DNA of 64,000 nt, from assembly GCA_012026655.1 (NCBI GenBank), contig JAAILG010000418.1, forward strand, positions 1 through 64,000, read 5' to 3'. Shown here piece by piece: positions 56,623-64,000 of this stretch. Within the stretch, counting starts at the first letter, position 1. Every line of letters begins with the position of its first letter. The DNA is from Hydrolagus affinis (lineage: Eukaryota). A program made the translations under genes and the position numbers. The notes beneath the pieces are model-generated. The model saw only the letters and a list, made by a program, of their open reading frames with translations, ran no database searches and was not told the origin of the DNA.

Positions 56623-56681
56623 CTAAAAATGAAAACAAAATCATTTGTAGGGTTGGATTGTATAGAAGCTGGAAAACGCTC

Positions 56682-57007
56682 ATAATAATAATAACAATAA
56701 TAATCCTTGCATTTGATTTGGCACTTTTCACATCTTCTAGACGTCTCAAAGCGCTTCACGGAATATACTGTAAAGTGAATTAACTGTATATTCATGGGCG
56801 AAACACGGCAGCCAATTACGCACAGCAGTGTCCCCACAAACAGTCATGGATTGAAATTAACAATTTTATTATTGTGTTTTTTGGGAGGGATTACTATTAG
56901 GCTCGTGGAGTAAGGTATCCAAGGTTTCGCCCTGATCTGGCTGGATTCAACACACACGTCTCACCCTTGTAAGGCGAGGGCTCTAACCAATGAGCTACAG
57001 GACTCCA
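56682..57007 (-). mobile_element. tRNA/Deu-domain SINE, near full length, ~60 nt from the exon 6 acceptor
   Basis: Head GGAGTCCTGTAGCTCATTGGTTAGAGC, family body and (ATT)n tail. Confidence 0.9.
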
Positions 57008-57257
57008 CAAATGCTCAATAAAGCACATAGAAAATACCATAAAATTTGGCATTTTTAAAGGAAAAAACAATCCAATAAACTCCATAAGACAAAAATGGTA
57101 TTCGAGCTAACACTAAGAGGAATATCAGGTGCAGGTCGAGATGCTGTGCCCTTCGATTGGGAGCTTGACTAAAATCGCCCATTGACAACAGTCAATTGAC
57201 ATTAACAACAAGATTACATTTCTAGAGCACCTTTCACGTCAGGAGGGACTATAAGCA

Positions 57258-57428
57258 GAACTTATAGTAACTTTTGAAAGGGGAATTGGGCAAATATTTG
57301 TAAAAGGAAAGTATGGGAGAGAGGAGAATGGGGACTGGGAACTGAATGGATTGTTCTTTCTGACAGCCAGTGCAGACACAATGGGCTGAATGACCTCCTT
57401 CCGTGCTGTAAATTTATATGCCTCTATA
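57258..57428 (+). mobile_element. CR1 LINE 3' end
   Basis: GGGAATTGGGCAAATATTTG...ATGGGCTGAATGACCTCCTTCCGTGCTGTA. Confidence 0.75.
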
Positions 57429-57704
57429 AGCAACTCTGTCTTGGCAATTTTCTTGAAATGTAATTGAAAATTAAACATGTATGAAAATGAAAACTTGTTT
57501 TTAAAAAAAGGTTAAAGAATAAAAAAAAACATCACCAGTGTATGTCAAACATCCATATACAGTATTTTGATGGGAATTAAGCTAATTTACAAAAACAGTT
57601 GAATAAATCAAGGAGTTTAATTGAATTCAGTATGTCAGAAACTGAGCTTCTTAGCAATGCAACAATAGTGCCTTGGTTATCCACTGGAAAACAATACATT
57701 AATG

Positions 57705-57792
57705 TAATAATAATAATCCTTGCATTTGATACAATGCCTGATCACATCTTCCAAGACTTCTCACAGAATATACTATAAAGTGAACTGATTAT
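57705..57792 (-). mobile_element. SINE 3' fragment
   Basis: TAATAATCCTTGCATTTGATAC...CACAGAATATACT. Confidence 0.75.
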
Positions 57793-57917
57793 TTTTTAAA
57801 AACCTATTAAATTGGAGTAGAAACCATCGAAACTTTTTTTTTAAATTCAGTGTCTTATTACAGTCTTATCAGTACAGCAATTTACAATCACAGAAACGTT
57901 GATTTTAAAATATCAAT

Positions 57918-58218
57918 GTAATAATAGTAATCCTTCTGTGATATAGCGCTTTTCACATCCTCTAGATGTCTCAAAGCACTTCACAGAATATACTGTACAA
58001 GTGAACTGAGTGTATATTTGTAGGCGAAACACTGCAGCCAATTGCACACAGCAGTGTCCCCCAAACAGTCGTGGATTGAAATTACCAATTTTTTTCAAGG
58101 ACTATTATTAGGTGTGTGGAGTAAAAAAACTTGACCAAGGTTTCGACCTGCCTGGAATCGAACCCCAGGTCTGTCACTTGTAAGGTGAGTGCTCTAACCA
58201 CTGAGCTGCAGGACTCCA
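57918..58218 (-). mobile_element. tRNA/Deu-domain SINE, near full length
   Basis: Head GGAGTCCTGCAGCTCAGTGGTTAGAGC...GGTTCGATTCC; body colinear with other copies. Confidence 0.9.
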
Positions 58219-60337
58219 CAATGTAATTCTATAGTCACAACATATCCAGCACATACATCTTCATCTGGTCGACTGGTTATACTTATTGCAGAAGTGGATG
58301 GCTCTTTAATTCACAAGTATATCAGCACCGAATGCCAACTTATCCCATTAACTACACCTGACTGAAGTATTAACATTTTGTGGCTTTTTTTTGTAGTGCG
58401 TATAAAACGCTTCAATGCACCAATGTCAAATTATGATTTGTATATACAGGCATACTCTCAACACTGTGAACACCTGCTCTTGCAAACTGACATCCCGGTG
58501 ATTCAAGGTAAACCACATAAATAGTTTTACTGTGTCATAAAGACATCCATATTTCCCGTCCGTGCGACCAATTGCATGGCTTTCTGCACTTTCCTTTGTT
58601 TCAATTTTTTTTAAGTACTCGTAATGTCTTGTAAATATCCAGCAATTGTTTCCGGAATAGACAGCGTGATCTTGTTTCTAATGCACATTAAAATACACTG
58701 GCTTTCTCACCTCTACTGCACTGTCACTGGGTGTGCGGGGGTAGGGGGTGAGGGGGGGTGGGGAGGAGGGGAGGGTAAGTGGGGTCTGAAGTGACTCCAA
58801 GGTGACATGTTTGGCAATGAAAAGTCGGAATCGAGCCAAATTTCTGTGGCGGTCTCAACAGCGGGACTTGGAAGGGACCAGCAACTGGGGGATAAGGGAT
58901 CTTCCCACTCGGCCGACCCAAAAAACTGCACTCCACAGCAGATTTTAAAAAGTTTTGACACGTGTTTTGAAGCTGTTTTCCTTCTCTCCCCACCCGCGCC
59001 CCCCGTAACAAAAAACACTTCAATTAAGCACTGGGACGCACTATTTTATATTTGCTTCCATCCTGGATGTTTCTACAGAGGAACTTTATTACAATGTGGT
59101 TCTCTGGGTCCAACAGCTCAGAGCCAGTGTTTCAAAAGAGGTGGGTGAGAAAAATAAAGCCAGCTTCCAAGATGAGATTGACGTCATTTCCGAGATGCAA
59201 TTTTCTTGAACATGCGCAGCAACCACACAACTTGCAAACCAAAGGTCAGACTTTTTGTGTGCTCGGGAAGCCAGCTATTAAGCAACAGAAGCCAGATTGA
59301 TCTAATTAGCTTGGGATCCACAGAAACCCTGAGCTGTACATGATGCGATGCTATATCCAATGTGCTTAAATCACATTTCCCTGTACTATTCTAAGGTAAC
59401 CACTAATTCTCAAGAAACCTACTTAAGCACTTTGGCATGAAAAGGCTATCAAACACAAAGTAAATGTGCTGTTAGCAAAATAAATTGCAACACGAATCAT
59501 TTTGCTCACATTAACTAGAATCAGCGATTTTCCCACGAGAATAAATTTTGTACAAAGATAAACGGAAGGATATTTTTGGTAGCCACCATGTAAATAGATG
59601 AGGAAGTCTAAGAAAAACAAGATAAATATTTTAGCGATTACATTCGTGTTTGCTGTCAAATGTTTTTAAAATCAGGGCAACTGTTTTATTCATCTGCAAG
59701 AACGACTCGTCGCATTTTTCTGAACAACCAAACGAGGTGATTAAACCAGCAGCTGACAGGATACAGATTACAAGTCAACAAAAGTTCATACAAAAAAAAT
59801 GAAAGGCACGGCAATATAAAAGTGTATTCGCCACCATGTTGTGTTTATTAGACAGGCACTTGATAAACAAAGTAATACATTTATTAGCACAAGCTTTCAA
59901 GCCCATTCAAAAGATTTACACAGATTTCTGTTAAGATTAATGATAAACATGTTACCAAATATAGGATTTGGAACACGACAGAGTAACTATATACTGTCGC
60001 TCGGGTCAAATACTGTATCTCAGAGTCGGTTTTACGCAGAACACAAAATACACCAACTTCCATTGTGTCGCAACTGAAGTCACTGCCTTGCACTCCATAC
60101 ATAAGAAACACTTTCGATGTCAATGGGAGTGATATGGGTGGCATAGTGCGTGCTTTAAGTAAATCCACATTCATTTAAGTGTGTAGAGTTGGTGGTGGGG
60201 TGGGGGATGGTGGGGGGGTGGTGGATAGGAGGAAGAAAGCCTTTCTAACGGGTTGTCCTTTATTGTGTAAAGTAACAGAGTTTCCAGATTGCCCCCAATT
60301 ATCACCGGATTTGCAACTTGTGTTTGTGTTTAACTCA

Positions 60338-60378
60338 GTGTGTGTGTGCCTATATGTGTGTATGTATCTGTGTGTGTG

Positions 60379-60409
<31 letters not shown>
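60338..60409. repeat. (TG)n-(TA)-(CA)n microsatellite
   Basis: Imperfect TG run followed by a CA run (self-complementary). Confidence 0.85.
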
Positions 60410-60410
<1 letters not shown>

Positions 60411-60429
60411 GAGCTTGGACCTCTGACCC

Positions 60430-60730
60430 TATTCACCTGCTGGATCTGGTCACACTCTGCCACTTGCTGTTGCAAAATAGGGTCAAAATAAGAAGCGGAA
60501 GCCACAAGATCGCTCATCTGAACAAATAAACTCAGCCGCAGAGGCTGGAAGGTTTAAACACAGGCTGGAGGCAGCTGCTCCTCTTACCGTACAAAGAATG
60601 AATACAGCTTTTCACTTTTCAAGACTGCAAATCCATAAAACAAAATGTTTCGAGAAACCTCCAGTTAGTTCAATTGAGGAAAAGGGATTTAACTGCCACT
60701 ATCACTTCCTTCTGTGGTTCAAGTTTGGCA
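60430..60730 (-). promoter_or_regulatory. Candidate intronic enhancer or alternative 5' exon with RUNX-ETS-GATA composite and E-box cluster
   Basis: Minus strand AACCACAGAAGGAAGTGATAG (60719-60699); donor-like ACG|gtaaga at 60588; E-boxes CAGCTG 60572, CATCTG 60515, CACCTG 60434. Confidence 0.35.
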
Positions 60731-61486
60731 GAAATCATTTTTCTGGTTTATTTCGGTGCATAAAGGAATTAACATGGTTTGTCTTAACAATTACAGGATT
60801 AGCATTAATGTATCACGGACTTTTATTACCTCCCAGTTGCTTAACACTCACTTTCACTCTGTCCAAATACAACTTCGAAAATGAATAAACCTCACGGAAA
60901 ACATGTGTTTGGCAATGAAAAAAGCTATTTTATTTATCACGATCTATTTATCACGTGTTTGTAACATTTGAGATGCTGTCTCTTGTTTGCAAACAAAAAA
61001 AATTACAAATCACCTTTTTAAGCAAAAGAATAGCTTTTTATTTAGTAAATCATACATAATTAGCTCTTTAAGAGGAATTGTGTAGCAACCAGCCGCACAC
61101 AAAATCAAATGCATCAATCTCTTTCTAAAAACTGTTTGCGGGGGCCGAATTTCAACCTAAATATTAAAGCAATAAATATGGCACAGGCTTAACATTGAGG
61201 GGAACAATTGCCACTTGAAAAATCTGCATTTTCCTCTCACCAACAGTTCTATGCTAAATCCAAACAACGCTGTGCTACAAATATGTTAAAAGTTTGTAAA
61301 GCTTGCCACAATCAAAGCAACCGCAGAACAACACCTGTACTTCCAAATACTGCACCATATAAATGTGAAGATTTCTAAATTGAGTATTTACCAGCATCAT
61401 ATTTCAGAAATGCGATGCATACTAACTTGTCAAGAAATTAATTTTTTTTTAAAACTTTTGTGAATGTTGGATTTGCATTTAGTCTT

Positions 61487-61692
61487 AATAATAATCATCA
61501 TCCTTGCATTTGATAAATTTGTGGGTGAAACCCGGTAGCTAATTGCGCACGGCAGTGTCCCCACAAACAGTCGTGGATTGAAATGACCAATTTTATTATT
61601 GTGTTTTTTGTGGGGAGTAAGGAAACTTGCCCAAGGTTTCGCCCTGACCTGCCTGGATTCGAACACAGAGCTCACGCTTGTAAGGCGAGTCT
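61487..61692 (-). mobile_element. SINE with internal deletions
   Basis: Tail joined directly to the Deu core; B box GTTCGAATCC present. Confidence 0.85.
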
Positions 61693-64000
61693 TCAATTTG
61701 TATTGCCAATAAACATTCCAAACTCAATCTGACTGCAATGAAGAGGTTAACTTTCCCGTGCCAGTAAGCACAGCTGCTGGACTAACGCACCCTCCACCCA
61801 ACCTATTTGAGCCAAATTACTCATTCAGCTATTAACAATGGGAAAGCAGCACAGGAAAATCGCCAAGTACAACACACAGCAAGATTAGTAATAAACTAAG
61901 ACATCCTTACAGAGGTCGGTGATCTGTAATCACGACTTTAACCTAACCATTACCTCATCATACTCCGCACTCCATCTTAGCTCCATTCTACCCTGCGTGA
62001 CTACAGTTTTTAAATATCAAGGGTTGCTAAAAGAAAAAAGGTGATTTTTAGCCAAAAGTAATCGAGAAAATGTCCAATGAAGGCAAACTCAAGTTGGATT
62101 TTATTCAAATTAAGATTTTATCCCGACCGTGAAAGGCGCTCTATAAATGTAATTTTATTTATTGTGTTTGTTTGTGTTAAGTTTCAAATAAATCAGTTGA
62201 GCAGAAATCTGACAAAAAGTTTAAAGAAACCAGATGTGCAAAACTGAATTCCTTCCACTTAGAATCAGAGCTACTTCTCAGAGTGTTTAAAATAACGTTG
62301 GAAGCTTTTATATTTGTATTTGCAATGCAACAAACACAAATGCAACTGGCTCATGCTCCAACTGTGTGATACCTTTTTGCAATAACCTAGTATCCTTTTT
62401 TTTAAAACACTATCTTACCATTTTTATAAAAGGCCAACATTTTAAGAGCCAATTTACATGGTGTTTTCACACAATCTATTACCATCTACCCACATTAATT
62501 AAAATTGCCACTAAATCTAAATTCAAATTTCCACCAGCATTTAGTTTGCCAGGTGATGGTAAATGCAGCTGAATGTAATATACAGTACTATACTTGAAAC
62601 TGGGTCTTCAAAGGTGGCAGTGCACTGAAGCAAGTCTTGAAAAACTAAACATGTGAGGTGTAGTTATTTAATGTACTGCACTTTTATGCAGCTTATACCA
62701 TTTTTAAAAACAGTTCCGTTCTAATCACTGTTGCTTTCTGCTTTTGAAAAGCTTTTTTTTCCTATCAATCATAATACACATAACCACCATAGATCACATT
62801 CTTAGTGAATTCACAGCATCACAATGGAGGTAAATTGAGACGGTCCAATTATTTGGTCAGCATTTCCTACACAATCAGTTAATGAGTTAAGACAGAGCAT
62901 GGTTCTTGTAGTGCCACTCAACAGAACAAAATGACATGTCCTTGACAGGAGGGTGTGAAGTTGCCAAAATAAAAATTCTACTGCAATATGAAAAGTTGTT
63001 TCAAATCTCATCCAACAGTTAACCATCTTTGCTCAGCCTGATAATACTGTCACTCCTGCTTCAAGCAAGGAAATAGACAGGCTTCACGTCGGTGCTCATC
63101 ATCTAGGATCTTTTGCGTTCCTCTAAAAAAAACTGACATCTGATATTATTTGGAATCTCTGTAGAAACAGCTGGCTAAATGAGTGATGTGACCGCTCTCA
63201 GTGGGAAAACATGAAATGATTTCACATGCGTTTTACATGTATTCTGCCAAACTGTGTTAGACAGTCAAGTTTATCTGCTCAGCCCTACGATTAGATTTCA
63301 ACTATTATTGGATGTTGAACAACATCTGTACAATGCAAACATACAAATACTTTCTCCTGTTGAACAGTTTTTGCTTGTTCTTTGAAATAGTGGCCCACTA
63401 GATTTCCAGTTCTTCCTTTGCGGGCAGGGTGTGAATGAAAGCCAAGACACACAAAGCATTATATTTCTCAATAGCCATAAGGAAAGAGGTGGTAAGCTAA
63501 GTGGCTCCAAATTTGCGTTATAAACTGTTCAAGAAAACTCCGCTTCCAAGATTCCAAGTTGGTTAGTAGGAATTGAAAACAGCACATACCTTATAGTTAA
63601 AAAAAAACTGGTCAAAGACTTTCCCTCAAACGTAGTAAAGTTAATCATACACCCCTGAAGTTGCCTAGAAATGGCGTGAGTGGATGTCAGGTAATGGAAG
63701 TAAATGAGTTTCTGCTGTACACCTAATGAATGAAGCGTATTTCAAAATCAAAATTATTTCCTCTAAACTGTTCCTTTTAACGTAACAAGTTCATGTTTGC
63801 TTCTTACCTCCTCTCCTGGAGGCATTTGACTGATTTTCATTCCACAGGGAAACTTTTCCAGACACTAAACACCCTCCAATATATCTCCCGAGTGTGTGTG
63901 TTTTTTTTTCATTTTGACATGATCCTTGACATAAAGAGTTGACAGGTTATTCCACCATGGATGGACATCACAGCTGAACCCAAATCTGTTATCATCCAAT

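Noticed and set aside
63808-63840. Possible mini-exon MKISQMPPGEE with donor GAG|gtaaga
   Set aside because: Phase 0 does not fit the next exon (phase 1), it has no recognisable homology, and such donor-like motifs arise by chance.
56623-64000. Upstream TCF12 exons (AD1 region, human exons 2-5)
   Set aside because: No match to ELSDLLDFS, TSGQPSPSY or LSPTPFMNS found; they probably lie beyond the window.

Overview
This is vertebrate genomic DNA, probably from a cartilaginous fish (chimaera/elephant-shark-like, inferred from the repeat content). Most of the window is the 3' part of a minus-strand TCF12 (HEB, class I bHLH E-protein) gene. I traced 15 canonical coding exons by hand, equivalent to human exons 6-20, from 56622 down to the stop at 12140. 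They join in one frame (1832 nt plus 1 nt from an upstream exon not found in this window). Also present are the HEBAlt alternative first coding exon (43327-43395) with a CCAAT/GC-box promoter, the 72-nt cassette exon (21656-21727), one GC-AG intron, and a separate ~2.3 kb 3'UTR exon (~8320-10635). The introns and the 3' flank carry many copies of a tRNA-headed Deu-domain SINE, L2 and CR1 3' fragments, an LF-SINE-like relic, a TTAA MITE, Penelope-like inverted relics and one 100-N gap. There are no prokaryotic systems or CRISPR arrays, and almost all listed ORFs are spurious. The best leads concern RNA architecture: two inverted-repeat pairs bracketing exon blocks (6-8 and 17-19) as candidate circRNA drivers, a Pumilio/miRNA/poly(A)-signal hairpin at the mRNA end, a coding tandem-repeat expansion at the C-terminus, and a candidate RUNX-ETS-GATA alternative 5' exon or enhancer. 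Comparisons with human sequences and repeat consensuses are from memory and need checking by alignment.
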